From Gemmatimonadota bacterium (GTDB taxonomy: Bacteria; Gemmatimonadota; Gemmatimonadetes; Longimicrobiales; Gaopeijiaceae), in assembly GCA_034521595.1 (NCBI GenBank), contig JAXHMG010000003.1, forward strand, positions 800,001 to 864,000: a DNA stretch of 64,000 bases, given 5' to 3'. This document shows, piece by piece, positions 8,410 to 17,758 of the stretch (position 1 is the stretch's first letter; every line of letters starts with the position of its first letter). Under the pieces are notes generated by a model, which saw nothing but the letters and a program-made list of their open reading frames with translations, was not told the DNA's origin and did no database searches. Made by a program: the position numbers and the translations under genes.

Positions 8410-9945
8410 ATGCTTGCACACGTCAACACGGGAACGGTGCACGGTGTGGAGCCGGTGGCGGTGCGCGTCGAGGTCAACCTCGCGTCCGGTCTGCCCTCCT
8501 TCACCGTGGTCGGGCTCCCGTATGGGGCTGTCCGGGAAAGCCGGGAGCGGGTGGCGACGGCCCTCCGCAATACGGGCTTCGAGCTCCCCAACCGGCGAAT
8601 CACGGTCAACCTGGCCCCCGGCAACGTCCGCAAGGAAGGAACGGGCTTCGACCTTCCCATCGCGTTGGGGCTCCTGGCGGCTAGCGGGACGGTGACGGCG
8701 AAGGCCGTGGAGGGCGTGTCCTGCCTCGGGGAGCTGGGCCTCGACGGCTCTTTGCGTCCGGTGCCGGGCGTGCTCCCCATCGCCGCAGACCTTCGTGCGA
8801 GGGGGCAGACCGAGCTTCTCCTGGTGCCCGAGGCCAACGCTGCGGAGGCCGGGCTCGTCGACGGGATCGAGGTCTTGGGGGCGCCAACGCTCGCGGCCGC
8901 CGTGAAGCACCTGCGTGGGACGAGCCCAATCCCACCCACCAAGGTCGATCCTGCGTCGCTGATCGGGGCAACGGAGGGGGACGGGCCGGACCTTGCCGAC
9001 GTCCGCGGCCAGGATGCGGCAAAACGTGCTCTGGAAATCGCGGCCGCCGGTTCGCATAACATCCTCTTCGTCGGACCGCCCGGCTCCGGTAAAACGATGC
9101 TGGCCGTGCGTCTAGCGGGGATCTTGCCTCCACTTTCGCTCGAGGAAGCGATGGAGTGCACGCGCATCCATTCAGTTGTCGGACTGGTGGCGCCCGAACG
9201 TCCGCTCGTGACCGAGGCCCCGTTTCGCGCGCCCCATCATTCGGTCAGTGAAGCGGGACTGGCCGGGGGAGGTCGGCCGATCCGTCCCGGTGAGATCTCG
9301 CTCGCGCATCACGGCGTGTTGTTCCTGGACGAGCTCCCGGAGTTCCGGCGGAGCGCCCTCGAGATCCTCCGACAGCCGTTGGAGGACGGACGCGTCAGGC
9401 TGTCGCGCGCGCACGGAGCGTTGAGCTTTCCGGCGAGATTCATCCTCGCGGCCGCGATGAATCCGTGTCCGTGCGGGTACCGGGGCGACGGCTCGGACCG
9501 ATGCCTCTGCGATGCCAGTACCGTGTCCCGGTACCAGACGCGGGTCAGCGGCCCGTTGATGGACCGGATCGACCTACATGTGCAGGTGCCGGCCGTCGCG
9601 GCACATGAGCTCGAGGGCCGGCCGGGTCGGGAGGCGAGCGCCGACGTTCGGCGTCGAGTCACGGCCGCCCGCGCTCTCCAGCGTCGCCGTTTCGTGGACG
9701 TGGACGGTGTGCACGCAAATGGGCAGATGGGGCCGGGCGAGCTGCGTCGGTGGTGCCCGATTGATCCGGATGTGGGACGCCTCATGTCCCGGGCGGTGGA
9801 ACGCATGGGATTGTCGGCTCGTGGATACCACCGGATCTTGCGCGTAGCCCGGACCATCGCGGATCTCTCCGGTGCGGAGCGCGTGGAGCCCTCCCACGCG
9901 GCCGAGGCCCTCCAGTATCGGAGTCTGGAGCGGCAGGCGTATTGA
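8410..9945 (+). CDS. comM: YifB/ComM family Mg-chelatase-like AAA+ ATPase
   Basis: VGLP..AVRESRERV, GPPGSGKT, PFRAPHHS, GEISLAHHGVLFLDELPEF, NPCPCG, SGPLMDRID; start moved to ATG 8410. Confidence 0.93.
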   Translation: MLAHVNTGTVHGVEPVAVRVEVNLASGLPSFTVVGLPYGAVRESRERVATALRNTGFELPNRRITVNLAPGNVRKEGTGFDLPIALGLLAASGTVTAKAVEGVSCLGELGLDGSLRPVPGVLPIAADLRARGQTELLLVPEANAAEAGLVDGIEVLGAPTLAAAVKHLRGTSPIPPTKVDPASLIGATEGDGPDLADVRGQDAAKRALEIAAAGSHNILFVGPPGSGKTMLAVRLAGILPPLSLEEAMECTRIHSVVGLVAPERPLVTEAPFRAPHHSVSEAGLAGGGRPIRPGEISLAHHGVLFLDELPEFRRSALEILRQPLEDGRVRLSRAHGALSFPARFILAAAMNPCPCGYRGDGSDRCLCDASTVSRYQTRVSGPLMDRIDLHVQVPAVAAHELEGRPGREASADVRRRVTAARALQRRRFVDVDGVHANGQMGPGELRRWCPIDPDVGRLMSRAVERMGLSARGYHRILRVARTIADLSGAERVEPSHAAEALQYRSLERQAY

Positions 9946-10037
9946 GGCGACGGAGGGGCTGTTAGCATGCGGAAGAGAACTTCCGGGCGCCCTGTCGGTA
10001 TCACGGGCGCAGTTGACGTGCCTCCATTCGAGAGATT

Positions 10038-10598
10038 ATGCGGCTGTTCATCGCGCTCAACCTGCCCAAGAAGGAGCGACTCCGGATCCATCGTGCCGCG
10101 AAGGTCCTTCGTGACACGGAGATGCCGGTTCGGTGGGTCGCTCCCGAGCACTACCACATCACGCTGAAATTCCTGGGCCAGGTCAGGAATGAGGATGTGT
10201 CCGGCGTCGAGGCGGCCATGGCCAAGGCCGCGGAGTCGAACCGGCCGTTCACGACGAAGCTCGGAGGCTTCGGGGCCTTTCCGACGATCCGCCGTCCCCG
10301 GGTGCTTTGGCTCGGTGTGGGGGCGAACCCCGAGCTCCGTTGCCTGAAGCAGGACCTCGAATGGGCGCTCGGGGACGTGGGATTCGAGCCGGAGACACGC
10401 TCGTTCCATCCGCACGTGACGCTCGGCCGAGCGGACGACCGTGGTGGGGCGGGTGCGTTCAGGGGCTTGGACGACCTCGCTGCGGAGATCACCTTCTCGA
10501 GCGAGATCAAAGTGCACACTCTCGACCTCATGAGCAGCCGTGCCATCCGGGGGAGTGTGCAGTACGAGGTCGTTTCCAGCGCCAAGTTGACCGGGTGA
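10038..10598 (+). CDS. thpR: RNA 2',3'-cyclic phosphodiesterase (2H family, 2'-5' RNA ligase-like)
   Basis: MRLFIA start; two HxT motifs, HITLKFLG and FHPHVTLGR. Confidence 0.92.
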   Translation: MRLFIALNLPKKERLRIHRAAKVLRDTEMPVRWVAPEHYHITLKFLGQVRNEDVSGVEAAMAKAAESNRPFTTKLGGFGAFPTIRRPRVLWLGVGANPELRCLKQDLEWALGDVGFEPETRSFHPHVTLGRADDRGGAGAFRGLDDLAAEITFSSEIKVHTLDLMSSRAIRGSVQYEVVSSAKLTG

Positions 10599-10654
10599 GG
10601 AGGGAAGCCCCGTTATCCGACACCCCCCGCAGCGGGCGAGCGACGAGGAAGAGC

Positions 10655-12016
10655 ATGGCGAGATTGTTGGTCGTGGACGACGAGAAGGGGGTGCGTGAGG
10701 CCCTCGGACAGGTGTTCGAGTACGAGGGGCACGAGGTCCGGTTGGCCACGGACGCGGCGGAAGCGATTGAAGGGGTCACTGCCTTTCGACCGGACGTCAC
10801 CTTCCTGGACGTGAAGATGCCGGGCATGGATGGGCTCGAGGCGCTCGCCCGGATTCGGGAGGAGCATCCGCGCGCCATCGTCGTGATGATCTCGGGCCAC
10901 GGCACGATCGATACGGCTGTCGAGGCGACGCGTAGAGGTGCCTACGACTTCTTGGAGAAGCCGCTCGACACCGACCGCCTGCTGGTGACGCTCCGGCGCG
11001 CTTTGGAGCTCAAGGGCCTCGCGGAGAGCGTTGCCGATCTGAGAGACCAGGTCGAGAGTCGATATCGGATCGTTGGGAGCTCGAAGGCGATCGAAGAGGT
11101 TCTCGAGCGCGTCGAGCGCGTGGCTCCGACCGACGCACGCGTCCTTATCACCGGGAAGAACGGCACGGGAAAGGAGCTGGTGGCCCGGGCCGTCCATCGG
11201 CTCTCGAGTCGGGTCCATCGACCGTTCGTGGAAGTGAATTGCGCCGCGATCCCCTCGGAGCTCATCGAATCGGCGTTGTTCGGGCACGTGAAAGGCTCGT
11301 TCACGGGGGCGGTGGCCGACCAGGCCGGCAAGTTCGAGCAGGCGCACGGAGGAACTCTCTTTCTCGACGAAGTGGGCGACATGTCGCTCGCTGCGCAGGC
11401 CAAAGTGTTGCGGGCCCTCGAAGAGGGCGTGGTGACCAGGGTCGGGGGGTCCAAGCCGATCGAAGTCGACGTGCGGGTGATCGCCGCGACCAACAAGGAC
11501 CTCGCGACGGAGATCGAAGAGGGAGGGTTTCGCGAGGACCTGTTCTATCGGCTGAACGTGGTCCCGATCCACGTTCCGCCGCTCCGTGAGCGTCGGGAGG
11601 ACATTCCCATGCTCGTGCAACATTTCACGGAACTCATGGCGAGCCGGGACGGGATGACGCCCCGCGCCTTCACGAGCGATGCGGTCGAGCGTCTCCAGGA
11701 CCTCGATTGGCCCGGAAACGTGCGCGAGCTCCGCAACGCGGTCGAGCGGTTGCTGATCCTGGCACCCGGGGAGGTCGTGGAGGTCCACGACGTCGACCTG
11801 CTGGCTTCGGGCGGTGACCGGCCCGAAGCGTGGGGCGCCGGCCTGCTCGGCGTGGAAACCTTCCAGGATTTCAAGGATCTGGCTGAGCGCGCGTTCATCC
11901 TGCAGAAGCTGCGGGAGCATGATTGGAACGTGGCCGAGACGGCCCGGCGCATCGACATGCCTCGCTCGAACCTCTACAAGAAGATCGAGAAATTCGACCT
12001 GGTTCGCGAGGACTAG
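10655..12016 (+). CDS. Sigma-54-type response regulator (REC-AAA+-HTH_8), NtrX/NtrC family
   Basis: REC LVVDDE...FLDVKMPG...SGHG...EKP; GTGKEL, VNCAAIP, GSFTGA, FLDEVG, REDLFYRLNV, WPGNVREL; C-terminal Fis-type HTH. Confidence 0.93.
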   Translation: MARLLVVDDEKGVREALGQVFEYEGHEVRLATDAAEAIEGVTAFRPDVTFLDVKMPGMDGLEALARIREEHPRAIVVMISGHGTIDTAVEATRRGAYDFLEKPLDTDRLLVTLRRALELKGLAESVADLRDQVESRYRIVGSSKAIEEVLERVERVAPTDARVLITGKNGTGKELVARAVHRLSSRVHRPFVEVNCAAIPSELIESALFGHVKGSFTGAVADQAGKFEQAHGGTLFLDEVGDMSLAAQAKVLRALEEGVVTRVGGSKPIEVDVRVIAATNKDLATEIEEGGFREDLFYRLNVVPIHVPPLRERREDIPMLVQHFTELMASRDGMTPRAFTSDAVERLQDLDWPGNVRELRNAVERLLILAPGEVVEVHDVDLLASGGDRPEAWGAGLLGVETFQDFKDLAERAFILQKLREHDWNVAETARRIDMPRSNLYKKIEKFDLVRED

Positions 12017-12071
12017 CGACCGGGCGCCCCCGGTGGGCATGCCGGGAAGCGGCTCGGATGGGAGAGGCCAC

Positions 12072-12782
12072 TCAGGGCGCCAACCGGCTTCCGTCCGGTA
12101 GCTGATAGAGCGCTTCCATGGAGCGATAGTCCCGGGCGGTCAGAGAGGAAGCGGTGTTCCTCGGGTACATGACGTCCCGCTCCGAGTCGCTGTGCGGGAG
12201 GCCCAGGGCGTGACCCATCTCGTGGGCCGCCGTGAGCCTCACGCGTGAAGGATCAATGGGTTCTCCGGGGCTGTGAGGGTTCCGGGTAGCGAGATCGATC
12301 GAGCGCACCGAGAGGCCCTCCCTCTCCGACCAGCGGGTCCGCGCCACGCCGACGGCCGTCCCGTCTAGAACTCGCACCCAGGTTACCTTGAAATGCGCCG
12401 GCTCGTGGGCGCGACGTTCGACGCGCACCGGAAAGGGGTGGCCGTTCCAGGCCCGGATGCCGGCGGCCGCGGCCGCTTGAAGACGAGTCGCGATCCCGGC
12501 GTCTTCGAAGCCTGGCCTGGGCACGTGGACGATCAACGTGCCCACGTCGCGGATCCAGCGGCGGACCATGAAGGCCCGCTCGTCGCCGGGGGCGGGGCAC
12601 AAGTATGCTCCGGAAGGACAGGGGAGGTGAGGAGGCGCGACGTCCGACGTGTCGGTGGGCGCTGGCACGGGAGGGTGCGCTTCGGTTGGCGCGCTTTCCC
12701 GGCGCTCTCGAGCCGACATGGAAACCGCGAGCGCTCCGCCGAGGAGCAGGATGCCGAGCAATGTCTGGGTAGACCGGTTCAT
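12072..12782 (-). CDS. Secreted matrixin-family (M10-like metzincin) metalloprotease
   Basis: N-terminal signal peptide; HEMGHALGLPHS zinc motif and Met-turn VMYP. Confidence 0.85.
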   Translation of the reverse strand: MNRSTQTLLGILLLGGALAVSMSARERRESAPTEAHPPVPAPTDTSDVAPPHLPCPSGAYLCPAPGDERAFMVRRWIRDVGTLIVHVPRPGFEDAGIATRLQAAAAAGIRAWNGHPFPVRVERRAHEPAHFKVTWVRVLDGTAVGVARTRWSEREGLSVRSIDLATRNPHSPGEPIDPSRVRLTAAHEMGHALGLPHSDSERDVMYPRNTASSLTARDYRSMEALYQLPDGSRLAP

Positions 12783-12983
12783 GCGGCGGAACGGAGGTAG
12801 TGGCTGGCATCACCGAAACGCGTCCACGTTATATTGGGTTGCGGCGAGGCGACAGCGGACCGCCGAGGTGCCGGAACGCCCGCTTCGAGTCGTGGGTATG
12901 CATGCCGTCGACCGTGGGGTAACCCGAGGGCGCGAAAGCCGGACGGTCCAGAGGGCGAGAACATCGGTCCAGCGTGAGGGGCG

Positions 12984-13739
12984 ATGCCGGATTCCGACAG
13001 AGGGACTAGAGGGGCTGAGGCGACCGGAAGCGCGCGTGTGAGCGGCGGACGCCTCGCAGCGGTCCGTCGCGGCATCGGCGATTGGCTCCGCTCCGTGTTC
13101 ATCGCCTTGCTCCTCTTCCTCGTGGTGCGGGCCTGGGGCGTCGAGGCATTCAAGATCCCCACGGCGTCCATGGAAGAAACCCTTCTGGTCGGTGATTTCC
13201 TTCTCGTCAACAAAGCCGTCTACGGCACTACCTTGCCGGGGCTCGATCTGCGCATCCCGGGCTTCGCCGAGCCGGACCGGGGAGACGTGGTGGTTTTTCA
13301 CCCCCCGCACGAGCCCGACAAGAATTACGTGAAGCGTATCGTGGGAGTCCCGGGAGATACGCTGCGGATGGTGGACAAACGCCTTTTCCGTAATGGTCGT
13401 CGGGTCGACGAGCCGCACGCGCGGTACGTGGATGGTCGGGGAGACGCGACCCATCCGGACATGCGGTGGCAATCGCACCACCTCATCGCCAGCACCCGTC
13501 GGCGCTACGAGCCCACCCGCGACAACTGGGGCCCGATCGTGGTCCCGCCGGAGCGATACTTCGTCCTCGGAGACAACCGGGACAACAGTGAAGACTCTCG
13601 CTATTGGGGCTTCGTAGCCCGGGATCGCATTCGAGGCAAGCCCTGGCGCGTTTATTATTCTTTCGAGGCCACCTCCGAATCCGGACTCTCCTGGCTCCAG
13701 AGTGTTCGTTGGGACCGGTTGGGAGCCGCGATCCACTGA
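12984..13739 (+). CDS. lepB: Signal peptidase I
   Basis: AFKIPTASMEETLLVGD (Ser), YVKRIVG (Lys), GDNRDNSEDSRYWG; start uncertain. Confidence 0.95.
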   Translation: MPDSDRGTRGAEATGSARVSGGRLAAVRRGIGDWLRSVFIALLLFLVVRAWGVEAFKIPTASMEETLLVGDFLLVNKAVYGTTLPGLDLRIPGFAEPDRGDVVVFHPPHEPDKNYVKRIVGVPGDTLRMVDKRLFRNGRRVDEPHARYVDGRGDATHPDMRWQSHHLIASTRRRYEPTRDNWGPIVVPPERYFVLGDNRDNSEDSRYWGFVARDRIRGKPWRVYYSFEATSESGLSWLQSVRWDRLGAAIH

Positions 13740-13892
13740 GGACCTTCGCCCGTGCATCTTCGAGCTTTCCGCAGGGAGGTCGATCGTGAGCCGCGAGGGA
13801 CCACAGTGCCTTTGTCTCCACTCTCCCGGCCCCAGGGTGTGTGCGGTCGCCTTCCGCGCGGGCCCCTTTCGGCTCGACGGGACGGATAGCCG

Positions 13893-14744
13893 ATGACGTT
13901 CGCCCCCCGCAAGGGAACGACGAGCGACGGGGTGCTGGATCAGTACCTCAAGGAGATCAGCCAGTACCCTCTGATCGACCGTGCCGAGGAAGCGCGCCTG
14001 GCCAAGCTCATCCGTGCGGGCGATGCGGAAGCTCTGGACAAGCTCGTGCGCTCCAACCTCCGGTTCGTGGTGTCGGTCGCCAAGAAGTATCAGAACCAGG
14101 GCGTGCCACTCGCCGACCTCATCAACGAGGGTAATACGGGGCTCATCCGGGCGGCGCACAAGTTCGACGAGACCAAGGGCATCAAGTTCATCAGCTACGC
14201 CGTATGGTGGATTCGTCAGGCCATCCTCCAGGCGCTCGCGGAGCAGAGCCGCATCGTTCGTGTTCCCCTCAACCGGGCCGGCGCCCTTCACCGCATCGGC
14301 CGGCAGTCGTCGTCGCTGCTCCAGGAGTTGGGGCGGGAGCCGACGCCCCAGGAGATCGCCGAAGGACTCGACATCTCCAAGGAGGAGGTGGAACGGACCC
14401 TGGCCATCTCGAACGCGCACCTCTCGCTCGACGCACCGCTCGCGCCCGGGGAGGATAGCCGCCTCCTCGACTACCTACCCGACCAATACGGTCCCGCGCC
14501 GGAGGACGAGGTTTTCGAGCACGCGCTCAAGCGGACCGTGGACGAGGCACTCCACTCCCTCAAGGAACGGGAGTCGAAGATCATCCGACTTTACTTCGGC
14601 CTCGACGATCAGGACCCGATGACATTGGAGGAGATCGGGGATCTGATGGGCATCACGCGCGAGCGGGTGCGGCAGATCAAGGAGAAGGCTTTGACACGTC
14701 TCAGGCACAAGTCGAGAGCCCGGTTCCTGGAGACATTTCGCTGA
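13893..14744 (+). CDS. RpoD/SigA-family sigma factor, short form without region 1.1
   Basis: YLKEI, NLRFVVSVAKKY, DLINEGN.GL, FISYAVWWIRQAI, TLEEIG...TRERVRQIKEKAL. Confidence 0.95.
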   Translation: MTFAPRKGTTSDGVLDQYLKEISQYPLIDRAEEARLAKLIRAGDAEALDKLVRSNLRFVVSVAKKYQNQGVPLADLINEGNTGLIRAAHKFDETKGIKFISYAVWWIRQAILQALAEQSRIVRVPLNRAGALHRIGRQSSSLLQELGREPTPQEIAEGLDISKEEVERTLAISNAHLSLDAPLAPGEDSRLLDYLPDQYGPAPEDEVFEHALKRTVDEALHSLKERESKIIRLYFGLDDQDPMTLEEIGDLMGITRERVRQIKEKALTRLRHKSRARFLETFR

Positions 14745-14792
14745 ACTCGAGAACGGTCCGAGAACGCGGGTGCGAAGAGGGGCCGTGTTCGG

Positions 14793-14821
14793 TTGACACC
14801 CCTATGGGTCAGGACTATCCT
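14793..14821 (+). promoter_or_regulatory. Sigma70-type promoter of the rplM operon
   Basis: TTGACA (14793-14798), 17-nt spacer, TATCCT (14816-14821), 45 nt before the rplM ATG. Confidence 0.75.
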
Positions 14822-14866
14822 TGATTGCTCCATTTTGGAACCGCCAATCTCTGCGAAATCGCGGGC

Positions 14867-15295
14867 ATGAGAACCTATACACCGAAAGCCGACGATATCG
14901 AGCGCCACTGGTGGCTCGTGGACGCGGCAGACAAGCCCCTGGGGCGCCTCGCGACCGAGATCGCTCGCGTGCTTCGCGGCAAACACAAGCCGATGTACAC
15001 GCCTCACCTCGACACGGGGGACCACGTGGTGGTCGTCAATGCCGAGCGGGTGCACCTAACCGGAAGCAAGGCCGACCAGAAGGCGTACTTTCGTCACTCC
15101 GGCTATATGGGTGGTGAGAAGCTCATCCCGTTCAGGCGGATGATCGCTACGCACCCCGAGCGCGTCATCGAGCTCGCGGTCAAGGGCATGCTCCCCAAGA
15201 ACGCGTTGGGGCGGGACATGCGGCGGAAGCTCAAAGTATACGCGGGTGCGGATCATCCGCATCAGGGCCAGCAGCCCGAGCCCCTGGACCTCTGA
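14867..15295 (+). CDS. rplM: 50S ribosomal protein L13
   Basis: [38 protein letters not shown]. Confidence 0.98.
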   Translation: MRTYTPKADDIERHWWLVDAADKPLGRLATEIARVLRGKHKPMYTPHLDTGDHVVVVNAERVHLTGSKADQKAYFRHSGYMGGEKLIPFRRMIATHPERVIELAVKGMLPKNALGRDMRRKLKVYAGADHPHQGQQPEPLDL

Positions 15296-15312
15296 AGACG
15301 GAACGAACGTAG

Positions 15313-15714
15313 ATGCCGACACAGCAGGAAGAGCTGATTCAAGCGGTCGGGCGCCGGAAAAACTCGATCGCGCGCGTGGTGCTTCGTCCGGGCAGCGGCG
15401 AGTGGATTGTCAACGGCCGCCCGCTCGCCGACTACTTCCCCCGTCCCACGCATCAGATCCGTATCCAGGAGCCGCTGAAGATCGCCGAGTTGGAGGGGCG
15501 GTTCGACATCCTCGTCCGGGTGCGTGGAGGAGGTCTGAGCGGGCAGTGCGATGCGGCGCGCATGGGCCTGTCGCGGGCGATTCTCACGCACGACGAGGAA
15601 ACCCGTCCGGCACTACGGGACAAGGGACTGCTCACGCGTGATCCCAGAGAGGTCGAGCGGAAGAAGCCCGGCCGCCCGAAGGCCCGTAAGCGGTTCCAGT
15701 TCTCCAAGCGTTGA
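15313..15714 (+). CDS. rpsI: 30S ribosomal protein S9
   Basis: [40 protein letters not shown]. Confidence 0.98.
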   Translation: MPTQQEELIQAVGRRKNSIARVVLRPGSGEWIVNGRPLADYFPRPTHQIRIQEPLKIAELEGRFDILVRVRGGGLSGQCDAARMGLSRAILTHDEETRPALRDKGLLTRDPREVERKKPGRPKARKRFQFSKR

Positions 15715-15720
15715 TTCCAA

Positions 15721-15769
15721 CGGCGCGGTTCGCCGCGTCGAAATCCTGACCGGGGCGTACATCGGCCCC
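15721..15769 (+). promoter_or_regulatory. Candidate rpsB leader structure (two hairpins)
   Basis: 8-bp stem with UUCG loop at 15721-15740; GGGGC/GCCCC stem at 15752-15769; no canonical SD before ATG 15788. Confidence 0.45.
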
Positions 15770-15787
15770 AAGAAAAGAGCGAGCCAC

Positions 15788-16948
15788 ATGTCGGAAGTAG
15801 GCGAAGTAGGCGAAGTAGGCGAAGTAGGCGAAGTAGGCCTAGACCAGCTTCTGGAAGCCGGGGTTCATTTCGGCCACCAGACCCGGCGTTGGAACCCGAA
15901 GATGAAGCCGTACATCTTCGCCCAGCGTAACGGCATACACATCATCGACCTTCGTAAGACGCTCGACCGCCTCCAGGTGGCCCAACAAGCGGTTCGGGAG
16001 GTCGCCCTCAAGGGTGAGCGCGTCCTGTTCGTGTGCACGAAGAAGCAACTGCGTGGCGTGGTGGAGCAGGAGGCGCAGCGTAGTGGGTCGTTCTACGTCA
16101 CCGAGCGGTGGCTCGGCGGGATGCTCACGAACTTCGAGACCATCCGAAAGCAGATCCGCCGGTTGAAGGAGTTGGAGCGAGGTCAGGAAGAAGGCGCATT
16201 CGAGTTCTATACGAAGAAGGAGCGCCTGCTGCTCGACCGTGAGCGGTCGAAGCTCGACAAGTACCTGGCGGGCGTCAAAGACATGGGGCGGCTTCCGAGC
16301 GCGGTCTTCATCGTCGACGCGCGCCGGGAGGCGATCGCGGTGAAGGAAGCGTCTCGGCTCGGCATTCCGATCATCGCCATCACCGACACCAACGCCGATC
16401 CGGACCTCATCGACTACCCGATTCCGGGCAACGATGACGCCATCCGCTCCGTGAGCCTCATCGCGAAGGCGGTCGCGGATGCCGTGCAGGAGGCCCGCCA
16501 GGAGGTCCCCGACGACGATCGCCGCCGCACGGATGACCTCGAAGCGACCACCTACTCCACGGAGACGGGGGAGACCACCGAGCAGGAGCGGCCTCAGCGT
16601 CGCCGGCCGAAGCGGAAGCGGCGGCCGAAGCCCGAGGTGATCGCGCAGAAGCTGAAGGACGAAGACGGAAACGAGATCGCGGTGGAAGGGGGCGACGAGG
16701 ACTCGGTCGAGGAGACGGAAGGCGCGGCCGAGGCCGGAGACGAGTCCGGTACGGCTGCAGAGGCCGCGACAGCCACGGAATCCACCCCCGGAGAATCCGA
16801 CGCACCTCGGGCGGAAGAAGCGTCGTCCACCGACACAGCGGGTGGTTCGGGCTCCGCCGCCTCGGACGAAGAGGCCGCGAAGAAGGCCCGCCCGGCTTCC
16901 GATGGGGAAGCGGAGAACGAAGACGAAGCAGGAGCCTCGAAGGGGTGA
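15788..16948 (+). CDS. rpsB: 30S ribosomal protein S2 with N-terminal EVG repeat and long C-terminal extension
   Basis: [36 protein letters not shown]...PGNDDAIRS; 386 aa. Confidence 0.98.
   Translation: MSEVGEVGEVGEVGEVGLDQLLEAGVHFGHQTRRWNPKMKPYIFAQRNGIHIIDLRKTLDRLQVAQQAVREVALKGERVLFVCTKKQLRGVVEQEAQRSGSFYVTERWLGGMLTNFETIRKQIRRLKELERGQEEGAFEFYTKKERLLLDRERSKLDKYLAGVKDMGRLPSAVFIVDARREAIAVKEASRLGIPIIAITDTNADPDLIDYPIPGNDDAIRSVSLIAKAVADAVQEARQEVPDDDRRRTDDLEATTYSTETGETTEQERPQRRRPKRKRRPKPEVIAQKLKDEDGNEIAVEGGDEDSVEETEGAAEAGDESGTAAEAATATESTPGESDAPRAEEASSTDTAGGSGSAASDEEAAKKARPASDGEAENEDEAGASKG
15794..15838 (+). repeat. Perfect tandem repeat (GAAGTAGGC)x5 encoding (EVG)x5
   Basis: Read directly: atg tcg [gaagtaggc]x5 cta gac. 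Confidence 0.97.
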
Positions 16949-17011
16949 GGCCGATGCCCGGATGCCGAGGGCTTCCGGGTGCCGTATGCAGTCCCACGAC
17001 GCGGGACGCTG

Positions 17012-17058
17012 AGAGGCGGCAGAGACCCCGGATCTTCCGGTCTCCGCCGCCTCTTTTT
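17012..17058 (+). terminator. Intrinsic terminator/attenuator between rpsB and tsf
   Basis: agaggcggcagagacc...ggtctccgccgcctct GC-rich stem followed by a T-tract. Confidence 0.7.
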
Positions 17059-17118
17059 ACGATCTCCGGCCAGAGGCCGGCTGGATCCACTCACGAGTGA
17101 AGCACGCGAGCGAGCGAG

Positions 17119-17715
17119 ATGATCAACGCAAAAGACGTGAAACAGCTCCGCGATATGACCGGCGCGGGGATGATGGATTGCAAGAAGGCGCTGGAGGAGA
17201 CCGAAGGAGATGTCGACAAGGCGGTCGATCTCCTGCGGGCGAAGGGAGCTTCGAAGGCGGCAAAGCGCGCGGACAAGGCGGCCAACGAAGGGACCATCGG
17301 AAGTTACGTGCACTTCGATGACAAGACGGCCGTGATCGTCGAGTTGAACTGCGAGACCGACTTCGTGGCGAACACGGACGACTTCAAGGGGCTCGCACGG
17401 GATCTCGCGCTGCACATCGCTTCGATGGCCCCGCTCGCGATCTCCAAGGACGACATCCCGGACGATGTCGTCGACCGTGAGAAAAGGGTCTTCCTCGAAC
17501 AGGTGAAAGAGGAAGGGAAGCCGGACAACATTGCGGAGAAGATCGTCGCGGGTAAGCTCGAGAAGTTCTTCAAGGAAAACACGCTGCTCGCGCAACCGTT
17601 CGTGAAGGATCAGGACAAGACGATCGAGGAGCTCATCACGGAGGTCGCGGCCCTCACCGGAGAGAAGATCGAGGTGGCGCGTTTCGCACGCTTCAGGGTG
17701 GGCGAAAGCGATTGA
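17119..17715 (+). CDS. tsf: Elongation factor Ts (short 198-aa type)
   Basis: VKQLRDMTGAGMMDCKKAL, ELNCETDFVA, RFARFRVGE. Confidence 0.97.
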   Translation: MINAKDVKQLRDMTGAGMMDCKKALEETEGDVDKAVDLLRAKGASKAAKRADKAANEGTIGSYVHFDDKTAVIVELNCETDFVANTDDFKGLARDLALHIASMAPLAISKDDIPDDVVDREKRVFLEQVKEEGKPDNIAEKIVAGKLEKFFKENTLLAQPFVKDQDKTIEELITEVAALTGEKIEVARFARFRVGESD

Positions 17716-17758
17716 CCCCGTTCCGGTCGCGAGACCCAACCAACCTGGAGGAGACGGC

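Noticed and set aside
8410..9945. comM as an integration hotspot for a mobile element
   Set aside because: Gene is intact, with no integrase, att repeats or compositional shift nearby
15794..15838. 9-bp repeat as a CRISPR-like array or phase-variation switch
   Set aside because: No spacers or cas genes; the unit is a multiple of three, so slippage keeps the frame
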